A stretch of 64,000 bases of DNA from positions 28,901,354-28,965,353 of the forward strand of contig NC_057720.1 in NCBI RefSeq assembly GCF_004010195.1, in the 5' to 3' direction. The notes under the pieces were generated by a model that searched no databases, was not told where the DNA came from, and saw only the letters and a program-made list of their open reading frames with translations. This document shows, in pieces, positions 1 through 13,330 of this stretch. Position 1 is the first letter of the stretch. Each line of letters begins with the position of its first letter. A program made the position numbers and the translations under genes. The stretch comes from Chiloscyllium plagiosum (Eukaryota).

Positions 1-222
1 TAGGGGAGATGTCAGGGGTGGGTTCTTTACCCAGAGAGTGGTGGGGACATGGAATGCGCTGCCTGTGGGAGTGGTAGAGTCAGAATCTTTGGTGACCTTT
101 AAGCGGCAATTGGATAGGTACATGGATGGGTGCTTAAGCTAGGACAAATGTTCGGCACAACATCGTGGGCCGAAGGACCTGTTCTGTGCTGTATTGTTCT
201 ATGTTCTATGTTCTATGTTCTA
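1..222 (+). mobile_element. CR1-clade LINE 3' end (young) with (TTCTATG)n tail
   Basis: Encodes the CR1 ORF2 C-terminus (GDVRGGFFTQRVVGTWNALP), then 3' UTR and tandem TTCTATG tail; closely similar to the reverse complement of 26643-26900. Confidence 0.9.
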
Positions 223-229
223 TATGCGC

Positions 230-640
230 ATGCATTATTAAAAACTGCAAGATAGGTAGAGAGATCTGTTAAAGAATGTATACAGTACTGTAGGCTACAT
301 TAATTGGGGCACAGAATACAAGAGCAAAAAGGTTATAATGAACTTATGTAGGACTCTGGCTAGACCACAGCAGGAGTATTGTGTCACACTATAAGCACAA
401 TGTGAATGCATTGGAGAGAGTATATAAGACGTTCATGAGAATGGTTCTGAGATCAGAAACTTCAGCTTTGAGGATGGATTGGAAAAGTTGTTTTCCATAG
501 AGAGGAGAAGGCTGACATGACATCTGTTAAAGTTTACAAAACCATGAAGGATCTGGACAGAATGGATAGGGAGAAATTGTTCCTACTCGTAAAATGATTG
601 AAAAGTGGATGGCACAGTCTTAAGGTGTTTTGCAAAAAAA
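230..640 (+). mobile_element. Old CR1 LINE ORF2 fragment
   Basis: Degenerate LVRPQLEYC / LERV / RRRLRGDL-like motifs. Confidence 0.75.
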
Positions 641-1243
641 CACAAATTTTAGATTAGATTCCCTACAGTGTGGAAACAGGCCCTTCGGTCCAACTAGTTC
701 ACACCGAGGTAAGAATAAATGATTGAATGATTTCATATATCTAGAGAGATACAATAAAAACTGTTCTGTTACCACAGTTTCAGTGCCATTTTCAGGTACA
801 ACAGAATAAAAATAAGGCCTGTATAAGGCATGTTTGGGGTCCCAAACATGATTCCAGGATTTACACAAGGTCTCTGCAAGGTCCCTGCTCTGGGCCTACC
901 ACGGTCAGGAGTCCTCACTCTGCTATCACAACAGCCAACACCTCATCACCAATTTCAGGAATCCACACATCGGCACAAATCACTGCCAACACCTCTCCAC
1001 CCTCCCCGTGACATCAGGAATATGAAGAAAAGAATGAGAAAAAGAAAACAAGACAAAAAGGAGAGAGAGGAAAAAAAGCTGCAGTCAACCTGGAGTAGGC
1101 AGGCCAACCATTTTTCACCAAGTGAAAAGAGCTCAAAGAGCTGTGTAGATACTTTGGGCTAAACAGCGACCTTCTTTACTGTAACACATCTGTGTTTCTG
1201 TTAACATTCCAAATACTTCAAAGCCACTTTCTAGTGGTCACAT

Positions 1244-1325
1244 TTATTTCTTCCACTCAAGAATCGCTTTATTTTGAATTATGATCTCTTCACTTTCACC
1301 TTTGAGTTCAAATATATTATTAGCT
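1244..1325 (-). pseudogene. GREB1-like exon ANNIFELKGESEEIIIQNKAILEWKK* (may extend to a donor near 1090)
   Basis: Acceptor ttttattttgcag; resembles recalled GREB1 RLTEVDVYDEEEI. Confidence 0.5.
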
Positions 1326-1635
1326 CTGCAAAATAAAACCATTGCTTCAATAATGAGCTGTGTGGTTCTCAAACAATCTCACATATTCCTAGACTTCTAT
1401 TGCATCCAATGGACTGCACTACCACTTTCCCCTATGTCCAAGTCCCCTATGTGATACTTCGTTTTCACTGCATCTGTTAACAGTAGGGAGACAGAGTCTG
1501 ATGTTTAACTGGCTCAGGCCAGTGAGACCTAACACAAGTGCTCAAAGCAAAACATCCTGATTAAGTCAGACCAGGCAGAACAAACATGCTAAAAATCAGA
1601 CTGGTCAGTGGTTGAAACTACCTGTCAACCAGGTA

Positions 1636-2868
1636 GGGAGAAAGTGAGGACTGCAGATGCTGGAGATCCGAGTCAAAAAGTGTAGCACTGGAAAAGCACA
1701 GCTGGTCAGGCAGCATGCAACAAGCAGGAGAGTCAACGTTTGAGCATGAACTCTTCATCAGGAATGTGGGAGTGGGTGGCGGGGCCCAACATGCTGAGAT
1801 ATAAATGAGAGGGGGGATGGGCTGGGGATTAAGGTAGCTGGGAATGTGATGGATAGATGAAGGTGATGATGATAAGTCAGAATAGAGGATGAAGCAGATA
1901 GATGAGAAGGAAGATGGAAAGGTAGGACAGTTCAAGAGAGGGGTGGCAAGTTGGAGTGTTCCACTCCAGAACATCCCAAATAGCCTCCTTCTTCAAGGAC
2001 CCCAATTTCCCCTCCAACATGGTCAACAATGCCCTCCAGCGCATCTCCTCCACTTCCCGCACCTCCACCTTTGAACCCCACCCTTCCAATCGCAACAAGG
2101 ACAGAACACCCCGAGTCCTCACCTTCCACCCCACCAACCTTCAGATACAATGCATCATCCTCCACCATTTCTGCCACCTACAAATAGGCACTACCACCAG
2201 CAATATATTTCCTTTCCCACCCCTATCCACATTCTGCAGTGACCATTCCCTCCATGACTCCCTTGTTAGGTCCACGCTCCCCACCAACCCATCCTCCACT
2301 CCTGGCACCTTTCCTTGCCATCTCAAGAAGTGCAAAACTTGCACCTATACCTCCCCCCTCACCTCCATCCAAGGCCCCAAAGGATCTTTGCACATCCAAT
2401 AGAGATTCTCCTGCACCCCCAAACACCTCATCTACTGTGTCCCTTGTACTTGATGCAGAACATTTCAGAGAACATCTCTGGGACACATGCACTAAACAAC
2501 CTAACCGCCCTGTGGCCGAACACTTCAACTCCACGTCCCATTCAACTATGGATATACAAGTCCTGGGCCTCCTCCACCGCCAAACTCTAACCATCTGATA
2601 CCTGAAGGAAGAACACCTCATCTTCCGCCCTGGGACCCTCCAACTGCATGGGATCAATGTCGATTTCACCAGGTTTTTCATCTCCTCTCCCCCATCTTAT
2701 CACAGATCCAACCCTCCAACTTGACACTGCCCTCTTGAACTGTCCTACTACACCCCCACCCCCCAACACCACATTCCTGATGAAGAGCTTATGCTCGAAA
2801 CGTTGACTCTCCTGCTCCTTGGATGCTGCCTGACCAACTGTGCTTTTCCAGCACCACACTTTTTGACT
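1636..2868 (+). mobile_element. Penelope-like element with inverted terminal copy, GIY-YIG remnant and 14-bp TSD
   Basis: CTGTCAACCAGGTA at 1622-1635 and 2869-2882; TFPCHLKKCKTC..LIYC endonuclease region; about 1650-1770 is the reverse complement of 2770-2868. Confidence 0.9.
2772..2812 (+). ncRNA. Minimal hammerhead-ribozyme-like core in the Penelope terminus
   Basis: CTGATGA-a-GAGC-ttat-GCTC-GAAAC; stem I pairing is weak. Confidence 0.6.
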
Positions 2869-2937
2869 CTGTCAACCAGGTACACAATATGAGCCTATGG
2901 CAGCCTATGTAACTGTGGAGACAACTGCAGCCACTAC

Positions 2938-3137
2938 CTGACACAAATTCAAATTAGCAACACGCCTTGTCTGCTCTGAGCTCTGAGGCAGCACGATTGA
3001 ATGAAGGCAGGAAATCTTGGTCAGTACAAAGTAGGAGACTGTCTCTATGGATCAAAGTACTATAATGGATGGGAGAATTGCAGCTCCTATGCAGACCCGT
3101 CCACTGTATTTGGGTGTATTTGGCTGTGAATCGACTT
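2938..3137 (-). pseudogene. GREB1-like exon SRFTAKYTQIQWTGLHRSCNSPIHYSTLIHRDSLLLCTDQDF...
   Basis: Acceptor ttttgtcttag, donor gtagtg; QWT and IHRDSLLL resemble recalled YRQWT..FHPRRLLLS; needs a frameshift near the 3' end. Confidence 0.65.
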
Positions 3138-3619
3138 CTAAGACAAAAGGATAAGAATAGTAAGTTTGCAAGCAATTGCATATCAAACAGAAATGTTAAG
3201 TATGCCATGCGATATATAAAGAAAAACTTAAAAAGAGGATGATTTCTTGAGGACATATCATATCTTTCCCTCTTAAAAGAAGTGTCGACTTTGACATTTC
3301 TCTATTTAAATCTTTTCTAACAGAATGTAGTAATATTTGCCACATGAGGTGTTACAGAATAATATAATCAATGTTGCATATTAAAAGGAAGCCAGTAACA
3401 AGTAGTTGGACATCATGAATATTAAAGCACTTGACATTAAACTTCAGCATTGTCTAGACTTGTTTTATTGCATACATGTATATAATATAAATCAAGAGTA
3501 GCTTTAGTTTTGAGGAGCAGAAATAAATCAAACTACTTCCTATTTCTCTACATCGCTACTCTTTCAACCCCCGCTACCTATTACTACAATCTCTTCCAAA
3601 ATTGCTGAAGTATGTCCAG

Positions 3620-4820
3620 AATGTACTGGAGAAACACAGCAAGTCTGACAGTGTCTGTGTAGAGAGGAACAAAGCTATATTTTGAGTACAATATGCCTGA
3701 CTTCAGAACTGAAGCAGATGGTGGGAAAGTGATAGATTTTTATGCTGTAGAAAAAGATGAGGAGGAATAAGTGGAACAGAGGGATGTCAGGGAACGGTGT
3801 TGCAAAACAAAAGGCAAATGGATTTGCAATAGGTATAAAGAAGACATAGAGCCAGAATACTTTTAGGTTTTGGTAACAGCTTCAGTTGGAATCTGTTCGG
3901 GTAAGTTGGAACTGGAGACAATAAATGAACCTAAACCATCTTTGCTTCACTTTCTCTACACTTTCAATCCCACCTGATGGTCTGAAGGTTCTCCACTTCT
4001 TTTTTGAACAAAGGTCCTAGCTGTTCCCCCATCCCATCACCACCCTCCTCTACTTGGCTTAGCTTGTTCTTCTATTGAACAATTTCCTTGAAATAAGTAG
4101 AGTGGCCAAGGACATTCCATACAGGCCTCAGTTATGTGTGTCTTTATGTGCGGCTTATGGAACAAACCTTACTCCAATCCTATTTGGACTATATCCCACA
4201 GGCCTTTCAGTACATTGATGACTCAATAAGTGTCACTTCTTGCTCTCATTTGGAATGGAAAATATGATCAAATTGATTTCCAATTTCTACCTTTATTTTA
4301 ACTTCACATTGTCCGTCTCTGACCTTTCCTTTCCCATTTTTAACTTCACAGTAGTAGAGATAGGCTAATAATATTTATTACAAACCTACTCACTCTTCAC
4401 ACCCTGCTTTCTGTAATTATTCCATTGCATTCTCTTACTTTCTCGGTCTCCTTTGTATCTATTCTGATGATGCTACCTTCAAGAACAACATATCTGATAT
4501 GTTTTCCATGTTATTCAACTAAGAAATCCTTCTCCTTGGGGGGCCTATCCGACTGCGGTGGATAGGTTCCCCCAACCACGCCTGACCTATTTCTGACATT
4601 TCAGCTTTCACCCCCTCCCCTTTATCCCATTTCCACTTGTCCAGGTTTTCCACCACTGTGTCCAAAAAGCCATGGTACACCATTTCTGCAATCTTCCACA
4701 GAATGCCACCATCAAACATATCTTCAGCTTTCCTCCACTGTTTGAATCCTGGAGGGATCACTCCCTCTCTGAGACCCTCATCTGTGTCATCTGTAAAACT
4801 TCATGCCCCTCCCCATGGAA
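3620..4820 (+). mobile_element. Older Penelope-like element with RT remnants
   Basis: Inverted terminal piece at 3620-3830; degenerate GVAMGT..GPSYACLF and YIDD (tacattgatgac, about 4211) motifs. Confidence 0.7.
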
Positions 4821-4829
4821 CAAGAAGAC

Positions 4830-5570
4830 ATAATATTATCTCAATGGTGATCGATCTGAAAAGGGTGGAATGCAACAAGATCTGGGTGACCTTGTATACC
4901 AGTCAAACACCAATAGGTATGTCGGTGCAGCAGGAAGTGAAGAAGGCAAATGATATATTGGCCTTCACAGCAAGAGGATTCAAATACAAAAACAGGGATG
5001 TCTTGCTGCTATTGTTCAGGACCTTGGTAAGATCACACCTGCAGTATAGTGAACAGTTTTGGTCCCCTCATCTGGGGAAGGATTTTCTGGGTATGGAGGG
5101 AGTACAATAAAAATTTACCAGACTGATTCCTGGGATGGCAGGACTGACATATGAAGAGAGCTTGGTTTGGTTAGGACAACACACAGTGGAGTTCAAAAGC
5201 CTGAAGTTAGATCTCATAGAAACCTATCAAATTCTAACAGATCTCAACAGGAAAAATGCAGGAAGGATATTCCAGATGGCCAGGGAGTCCAGAACTAGGG
5301 GTCACAGTCCAAGAATACTGGGTAGGCCATTTAGGACTGAGATAAGGAGAAAATTTTTCATAAAAAGAGTGATGAGCATATGGAATTCTCATTCACTGAA
5401 AATAGTTGAGGCTAAAACGTTGAATTTTTTTCAAGAAGAAGTTAGATTTAATACTTCGAGCAAAAGGGATCAAAAGAATGGGAGAAAGCAGGAATAAAAT
5501 AAGTTGAATCATCAACCATGATCATGTTGATTGGTGAAGCAGGTCCTCTTCTTATTTTCTATGTTTCCAT
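4830..5570 (+). mobile_element. CR1 LINE 3' fragment
   Basis: ORFs 4637-5110 (3' half) and 5135-5497: LVRSHLQYSEQFWSP, RTRGHS, RTEIRRKFF. Confidence 0.9.
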
Positions 5571-5604
5571 GTAAACACAGGAGGTGCAATGCTCTTTTAC
5601 CTAC

Positions 5605-5893
5605 CGTCTCACTGTACAAGGCCCCAAACTCCCCAAGGTAAAGCAACAATTTATTGTACTTCTTTCAAGTCCTAGTTTCCAGGATTCACTGTGCACAAAG
5701 TGGGTTCTTGTACAATGGGAGACCAAATTCAAATTGGACGGCCACTTTGTAGACATTGCTACGGAGAGTGGGGACAAAGTTCTGCAATGCATTCTCCATG
5801 ACCAATCATCGTTGACCTGCTGACCAATCAGTACAGTTTCTTCGTGCATGTAAATTGTTGCTCCTTTTGAAAATTGGCATTCTTACATTTGTC
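5605..5893 (-). pseudogene. GREB1-like exon with three in-frame TGA (..LVMENALQNFVPTLRSNVYKVAVQFEFGLPLY..)
   Basis: Strong acceptor tttcttttttgctcttcag, donor gtaggt; AVQFEFGL resembles recalled ALEQELGL. Confidence 0.55.
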
Positions 5894-5989
5894 CTGAAGA
5901 GCAAAAAAGAAAACATTTCATCAGAATGTATCTTCCTTCAGCAAAATTCAAGTTCAATACTACCAAGGCCATTGTCAACATGGATTCTG

Positions 5990-7100
5990 AAAGGGGTCAA
6001 CATTATTGAATTGTTTGATAAAATTATCGAAAGTTTAGATAAAGTACAGCATTGTAAATTCATGACTAAAGCCAGAACATGCAAAGTCAAGGGACAATCA
6101 CAAGCATCAGAAAGATAGCAGGGAAGGTTAATGGTGGTTCTTCATGTTGGTAAAATGGTAGAAATGACACTCCATGTGAACTGGTGTTAGGTGCTGTATT
6201 ATCATCATTTATATCAATTATTTAGATTTGAGAATCCAAATAGAATTTCAAAAATTGTGCGTGAAACCAAATTGGCTATGCAGTTAATGCAGAGAATGAC
6301 AATGACCAAAAACAGGAAAACAGTTGGGAACTTTCAGAGTGGATATGCAACTGACAATTCAATATAGTCAAATGTGAAATCATATATTTTGATAGGAAGA
6401 GCAAAAAGACTTAATATTCCTAGGAAAATAAGTGTCTAAATGGATGGTATCCATGGTATATAGATATTCAAATCACCAAAAGTAAGAAAAATAATTAATA
6501 AAGAGAATTAAGTAAAGCAAACAAAATGTTGCATTTATTTCTATGCAGTTAGGATTGAAAAGCAAAGAGGTTATGTTGAACAAGTCTAGATAGATCCTTG
6601 ATTAGTTCACACTTTGAGCACCATGAACAGTTCCAGTGTCAGCTTACTAGGAAGGACATAGAGAGACTAATAAAGATGTAAAAATGTTTTACTAAAGTTA
6701 TATCGGAATTGAGAAGCTATATCAAGAAATATTGAACTGGTTGGCAAAGAGAAGACTGATAGAAGAGCTTTGAGGGAGAGTTTGAGGTTGACAAAGGGGT
6801 TTGATTGGGTGGAGAGGAGATGTTTCCACTTCTGTAAAATACCAGCATTATACACTATAATATAGCTTAGACACAAATTGAATAGGGAAATCAGGAGAAA
6901 TCTTGTATCTAGAAACTGGTTCATTGGAATGTGCAACTTTCAACCACAATGAGTATTTAAGAACAACAGCTTGGATCCATTTGAGAGGAAATTAGATAAA
7001 AACTTGAGGGAACATGCAATAGAAGATGATGTTGAAGAATTGAGAAGAAGGTGGCAGACATTTATTTGTAACATAAAGACTGGCAAGGACTAGTTGGACT
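5990..7100 (+). mobile_element. Highly decayed CR1 ORF2
   Basis: Degenerate DKV.H..L, FN..KC and RRNLF motifs. Confidence 0.65.
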
Positions 7101-7556
7101 TCTATGCGATAAATCCTATATAATAATTAAACTGGCATTTGTTAAAGCCTGTGAATAGCCTTACTTTTTAGAATTATATTCTTCAGTTTGACAATGTTGA
7201 ATATAATTTGAAAGGAGATGATATAATGAAAAATGTGTTGTGCGCAAAGATGGAATATAAGAGACAATCCATTCTGTAAGGTCAAAACTGTATGCCTTTG
7301 ACTGTTCCCTAGGAAACCAATACTAGATAAACAAACTGAATCTTTTGTGGCAGCAAGTTCAGACGATCTGATAGGACATAGTTTCAGCACTGTCATTTTA
7401 TTCGTTTTCTTTCCCTCAATGCTGCAAAAAACATTGATTTTTTTTCTAAAACTTATCACATAAAGAAAAGAGAATGAGATGCAGAACAATTGTGAAGACA
7501 CAAAGCTCTGCGGGCATTCATCAGATGTCTGCAACCATAATGGCAATGAAATTCAC

Positions 7557-7725
7557 CTTGAATGATCAATGTGTGAAAAGTATTTTCCATCGTTTCATGG
7601 TGTAAATCTGCCCGTATCCTTCTCAATAAATGGAGAAGGGTCATTATTGTGTGAAGCAAGTCTGGAACTACTGAGATCTTATATAGAACAACTACATTTC
7701 TAACATGCAAGGTATATGCAGCCTG
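7557..7725 (-). pseudogene. GREB1-like exon (open, 56 codons) QAAYTLHVRNVVVLYKISVVPDLLHTIMTLLHLLRRIRADL...IIQ
   Basis: Acceptor ctttacag, donor gtgaat; resembles recalled MVLLRV..LAHVRARL..FEIIL. Confidence 0.6.
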
Positions 7726-7900
7726 CTGTAAAGCACCAATATGAAATACTATCTGGCACTTGAGGCTTTTTATTCACATTATTAGATAGAATTTTACAGT
7801 CCATGAAACATGGCAAGGCAGAAAGGGATGGAAGCCATGCATGGCAAATATCATTGTGGCAATGCCATGTATTGCTAACCTGTTTTTTCTGTTATTTTCA

Positions 7901-8180
7901 TAGAATCCCTACAGTGTAGGTAGAGGCCATTTGGCCGATTGAGTTTTCACTGGCTCTCTAAAGAGCATCCCAGACTCACCCACCACCCTATCCCTGTAAC
8001 CCTGTATTCCCCATGGCTAATCGCCCTAATCTGAACACTTTGGGACTGTGGGAGGAAACCGGAGCACCCGAAGGAAACCCGTGTAGACATGGGAAAAATG
8101 TTAAACTCCACACAGTCACCTGAGGCTGGAATCAAACCCGGTGCCTGGCAGCTGTGCTAACCTCTGTACCATTATGCTGC
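7901..8180 (-). mobile_element. HE1-like SINE (diverged)
   Basis: Reverse complement of the SINE body at 14530-14843. Confidence 0.85.
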
Positions 8181-9108
8181 TAGTGGCATGCCTGCCGATG
8201 AACTAATTGAGACATTAAATCAGCATTAATGGCCACATAAGGGCCTCTTCCTATCGCCCTTATTACTTACCAGTTGAGGAGCAGAGTCCTTTCTCTTCAG
8301 ATACCTTTGCATCCAATGGTGGTCCCTCCACGATGGTATTACTGTTCAGGGCCCTCCAAAACACAATCCCCACTTCCAGTCAAATGGGTAACAGCTCTTG
8401 GAGGACAGACATCCTTCCAAATGGAGCAGAAGCCTTACCTAATCCAATTAATGGCCCAGCTGAGAGTGGGGGAGTTTGGGGAGGTAGATCAGTGCCACTG
8501 AGTAACATTCAAACTATTGGTTCTTAATTATTTCTTGGAGATTCAGATTGAACTTGCAATAATCATGTAAAGGAAAACTAGATTTGTCTCATAGCTGAGT
8601 CCCATTTGGACTAACTATTTATCGCAGAATCAATAAAATTAGAACAAGTGCAATTTATCTTATAAAATTGAACCATGAAAGTGGAAACTTTAGAATTTTC
8701 TGCAAAGTTAATGAGTATGCAAATATTAGTACTGAAAACATATATGCAAGAAATAATATTGCAACTTTTCTGGGCAATTGTTGTCGCAAAATGTGAATGT
8801 TTTAGTGCCAGTGTGCTCTATATAATGTATGCCATTTTGGAAACAAAATGGTTTTCATGCTACTTGCACATACATTTTGTGCAGGCCATCTATTTTGATT
8901 AAGTTGCTAACAGTAGTATTATGCATTTCACGGCATTCTATAATGCTGATTTGTCTCCAGTGGTGCAAAGCTCTGGCTAACACAGGCTTTTAACCTCACA
9001 CAACAGCAAAAAGGATTCCCACCCCAATCTTCGCTAATCAAAGGGATCAATAACTACAATCATTTTAGTTGATGATTGACTTCCACTGACTGCTGCTACA
9101 TTTATAGC

Positions 9109-10541
9109 CATAGAGTCATAGAGATGTACAGCATGGAAACAGACCCTTCAGTCCAACTCGTCCATGCCGACCAGATATCCTAACATAATCTGGTCCCACC
9201 TGCCAGCACTTGACCCATATCCCTCTAAACCCTTCCTATTCATTTACCCATTGAGATGCCTTTTAAATGCTATAATTGTACCAGACTCCACCACTTCCTC
9301 TGGCACTCATTCCATACCCGTACCACCATCTGCTTGAAAACGTTTCCCCTTAGGTCTCTTTTATATCTTTCCCCTCTCACCCTAAACCTATGCCCTCTAA
9401 TTCTGGACTCCCCACCCCAGGGAAAAGACTTTGTCTATTTGTCCTATCCATGCCTCTCATGATTTTATAAACCTCTATGAGGTCACCCCTCAGTCTACGA
9501 TACTCCAGTGAAAACAGTCCCAGCCTATTCAGCCTCACCTTATAGCTCAAATTCTCCAACCCTGCCAAACCCTTTCAAGTTTCAAAACATCCGTCTGATA
9601 GGAAGGAGACCAGAATTGCATGCAATATTCCAAAGTGGCCGAACCAATATTCTACACAGCTGCAGCATTACCTCCCAACTCCTATACACAATGCTCTGTA
9701 CAATAAAAGAAAGCATACCAAATGCCTTTTTCACTATTCTTTCCCCATGCAACTCTACTTTCAAGGAACAATGAATCTGAACTCCAAGGTCTCTTTGTTC
9801 AATAACATTCCCTAGGACCTTACCATTAAGTGTATAAGTCCTGCTCTGATTTGCATTTCCAAAATATAGCACCTCATATTCATCTAAAATAAACTCCATC
9901 TGCCACTCCTCTGCCCATTGGCCCATCTGATCAAGATCCCGTTGTACTCTGCGCTTCTTCGCTGCCTACTACACCTCATCTCCAAACTTATTAACTATAC
10001 TTCCTATGTTCACATCCAGATCATTCATATAAATGATGAAAAGTAATGGACCCAGCACCAAGCCTTGTGGCACTCTACTAGACATAGGCCTCCAATCTGA
10101 AAAGCAACCCTCCACCACCACCTTCTGTCTTTTACATTCAAGCCAGTTCTGTATCCAAATGGCTAGTTCTCCCTGTATTCCATGAGATCTAACTTTACTA
10201 ACCAGTATTCCTTGAGGAACTTTGTTAAAAGCCTCATTGAAGTCCATGTAGATCACATCCACCGCTCTCTCCTTATCAATCCTCTTTGTTACATCAAAAA
10301 ACTCAATCAAATTTATGAGACATCATTTCTCATGCACAAAGCCATGCTGACTATCCCTAATCAGTTCTTGCCTTTCCAAATACATGTAAATCCTATCCCT
10401 CAGGATCCCCTCTAACAAGTTGCCCACCATCGATGTCAGGCTCACCGGTCTATAGTTCCCTGGCTTTTCTTTACCACCTTTCTTAAATAGTGGCACCACG
10501 TTAGTCAACCTCCAGTCTTCCAGAACCTCATCTGTGACTAT
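9109..10541 (-). mobile_element. CR1 LINE, 5'-truncated with internal deletions
   Basis: RT ORFs: GNYRPVSLTS, DVIYMDFNEAFNKVP, PQGLVLGPLLF; (CATAGAGT)-type tail at the left end. Confidence 0.95.
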
Positions 10542-10641
10542 TGTTGTTTGCAAAAATATTTACATGTTTGCATTATTAGCTAGAGGTGAGTGAAGTGTGT
10601 ATCAGAGTCAATCCTTTCTGCAAAATAGCTGTAAAGCTCAC

Positions 10642-10865
10642 TGGTACAGATGCAGCAAGCACTGCAGATCAAATATTGCAGGCAGACACATCCCAAGCAG
10701 CCTTGACTTGTTAAGCCAAGAGGAAAAAAGGATTTAAGATTCAGAGAGTGCGGTAGCCAAGAAAAATCTATTTCCACTGTAATCAACTCACACAGCGATC
10801 TTTCTTGTGTTCACATCTTACTACCTCCTTCACACACATATCCCACAATAAACTGTACCCTTCAG
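10642..10865 (-). pseudogene. Two small GREB1-like exons (10792-10865 EGYSLLWDMCVKEVVRCEHKKDRC; 10642-10706 SRLLGMCLPAIFDLQCLLHLY) around an 85-nt intron
   Basis: Donors gtgagt and gtgagc; phases join in frame; LLWDMCVKEVV resembles recalled LRYDSSFEAMV. Confidence 0.55.
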
Positions 10866-11029
10866 CTTTCATCACACAATACAGTATAAAATGGAAAGAC
10901 AAAACAAAGCAACAGGAACCGCACTTCACTACTTGATGCATACAAGCACTACAGGATAATAGTGATAACTCCCAAACCCAGTAAGAAAGTGTGGCGGAGG
11001 GCACGGTTATTGTAAACAGCAATCACCAT

Positions 11030-12350
11030 ATCATCATCTCTTATACTGCAGTTGAGGATTTTACTTGTCTGGTTGAAGAGATTGCCATCTGTTGTAAATT
11101 GTATCTACATTCCATCAACATTTACATCCAGTGGCCCAGAAAACACAACAGCAAGGAATATACCGAAATTCACAAGGGTCATGACATATGCCTGCCTCAC
11201 ACTACTATAATGTATTCCCCACAGGCAGCAATTCTGGCCATTGTTCTATCATGAAAATGCTGTATCAGGTTTACAGCTCTAATTCCACAAGGCATCTCTA
11301 TTCAAAGACCTTCATCAAGTCAACAAAGGCACAGTTGCATTCCTTTTGCTGTCCGTGGTATTTCTCCTTTATTTGCTGAAAGGTGAGGATCATGCTGCAA
11401 GTGTCTCTGCTTATAGTAAATCCACTTTGAGTTTCTGGCAGTAGACATTCTTTAAAGGGGCTTAACAGCTTAGAATTTTATGACCTATCATAATCAGTAA
11501 AATTCCTCTGTGTTTGTCACACCCAGACTTTATCCTTTTGCTTCATACAAATGAACAGTAATGACATCCTGGAACTCACCCTCAATTGAATCAGCCCAGT
11601 GTTCTTGGATAACTTTCCTGTACATCACAAGAGATTTTCTGCCAGTGTTGAGGTCATGTAAGCAGTTCAGTGTGGGAGAACCACACACACAGCCTTGGGG
11701 GCTTATAGAAGTTCCTCATATTATGCTAATTAGCATAGACTTGAATCTAGACTTGAAGCTTGTTTGATCCACTATGCATCTCGCATTCCAGATAGCTTCA
11801 TTGTAGGTTCCTTTTGTTCTCTGGAATGATTTATTAGCAGTGAAGGTATCATTACTTCCCAACTGTGCTGTTGTATGTTGCCCTCCAGCAATTCATTAAT
11901 TTGATCTGTGTTTTCATCAAATCAACCACTGTGGTTGCTTTTCTGTGTTCTCAGGACATCATTGGCAGCTTCCAGAACTGTTGACTTTAATGTTGTTCAC
12001 ATCAATTGTTTGGGTTTTCTTCAGATGATAGATATCCCTCATGCTTGAGCCTGAATTGTTTGGAGCACTCTGTAGATGACAGTTTCTGCACGTTGAGCTT
12101 TCTTGGGGACCTAGTACATGCTGGTTTTCTTTTCAGTGAGATAATAAGTTTGATCTGGGAGCAAATATGCTTTGGTTTGGACAGCACATCACTCCTCTCC
12201 TAAGTGTGGTGATCTGAATACTTTTTACATTTGCTCTGCTTCACATACTCTAAGAGGTACAAAGACTAAGGAGAAGATTATCATTGCTGAGGTATCTCCC
12301 CCCTCCATTATACTCCAGGACACCATTCCAAACCTGATAGTCAACTCTTA
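11030..12350 (-). mobile_element. Decayed RTE-clade LINE
   Basis: Minus strand gives AFVDLMKVF and VRQAYVMTL (GVRQGC-like) motifs. Confidence 0.7.
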
Positions 12351-13003
12351 CCCTTGCATTGGCGTTCATAAGATCATAATACAAGAAGAAATATGGACAG
12401 GAGTCGGCTGTTCAGCCCTTCAAGCCCGATTTATCTCTGAATAGGATCATTGCAGATCCAACATTCTTCACACCCACGTTTCTGCCTCATCCCCATAACC
12501 CTTGATGCCCTTATTGATCAAGAATCTATCCATCTTAAATAAATACAAGGGTTCTGCTCCCACAGCTTTCTGTGGCAAGGAGCTCCAAACACTCACAACC
12601 ATCTGAGAGAAGAAATTCCTCTGCATCTCTTAAATTGGTGTCACTTTATTCTGAGACTATGTTCTATGGTCTTTGACTCTCCCATGAGGGGAGCCATCCT
12701 CTCATTTACCATGTCAAGACCCAAGGAATCATACAGGTTTCAATGAGATCCCCTTTCATTCTTCTAAACTCTAGCGAGTAGAGACCCAGCTTGTTTATCC
12801 TTTGCTCATAAGACATTTCCCATGCCAGCGTTCATAGATATAAAAGGAACCAAACTGTTCCCAGTACTCCAGATGTGGTCTCACCAGCACCTTGTACACT
12901 TATACTCCAAAGTCCTTGAAATAAAGGCCATCGTTCCATTAGGAGGAGAATCCATTAGCCTTTCTGATTACCTGCTATACTGTGTGATAGCTTTCTGTTT
13001 TTT

Positions 13004-13330
13004 GGGCATGATGGCTCAGTGATTAGCACTGCAGCCTCACACTGCCATGGACCCAGGTTTGATTCCAGCCTTGGGCAAATATGTGGAGTTTGCACATTCT
13101 CCCCGTGTCTGTGTGGGTTTCCTCCGGGTGCTCTGGTTTCCTCCCACAGTCCAAAGATGTGCAGGTTTGGTGGATTGGCCATGCTAAATTGCTCGTAGTG
13201 TTCGATGCATTAGTCAGGGGAAATGTAGAGAAATACGGGAATGGGTCTGGGTGGGTTACTCTTCGAAGGATCAGTGTGGACTTGCTGGGCCAAAGGGTCT
13301 GTCTCCATACTGTAGGGATTCTAAGTAATC
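13004..13330 (+). mobile_element. HE1-like SINE
   Basis: tRNA-like head and body tgtgtggagtttgcacattctcccc. Confidence 0.9.

Noticed and set aside
830..1162. 110-aa Lys/Arg-rich ORF
   Set aside because: Driven by an A/G-rich tract; no recognisable domain or splice support on the plus strand
5584..5823. Plus-strand 79-aa ORF as a gene
   Set aside because: It is the antisense shadow of the minus-strand exon; the splice signals are on the minus strand
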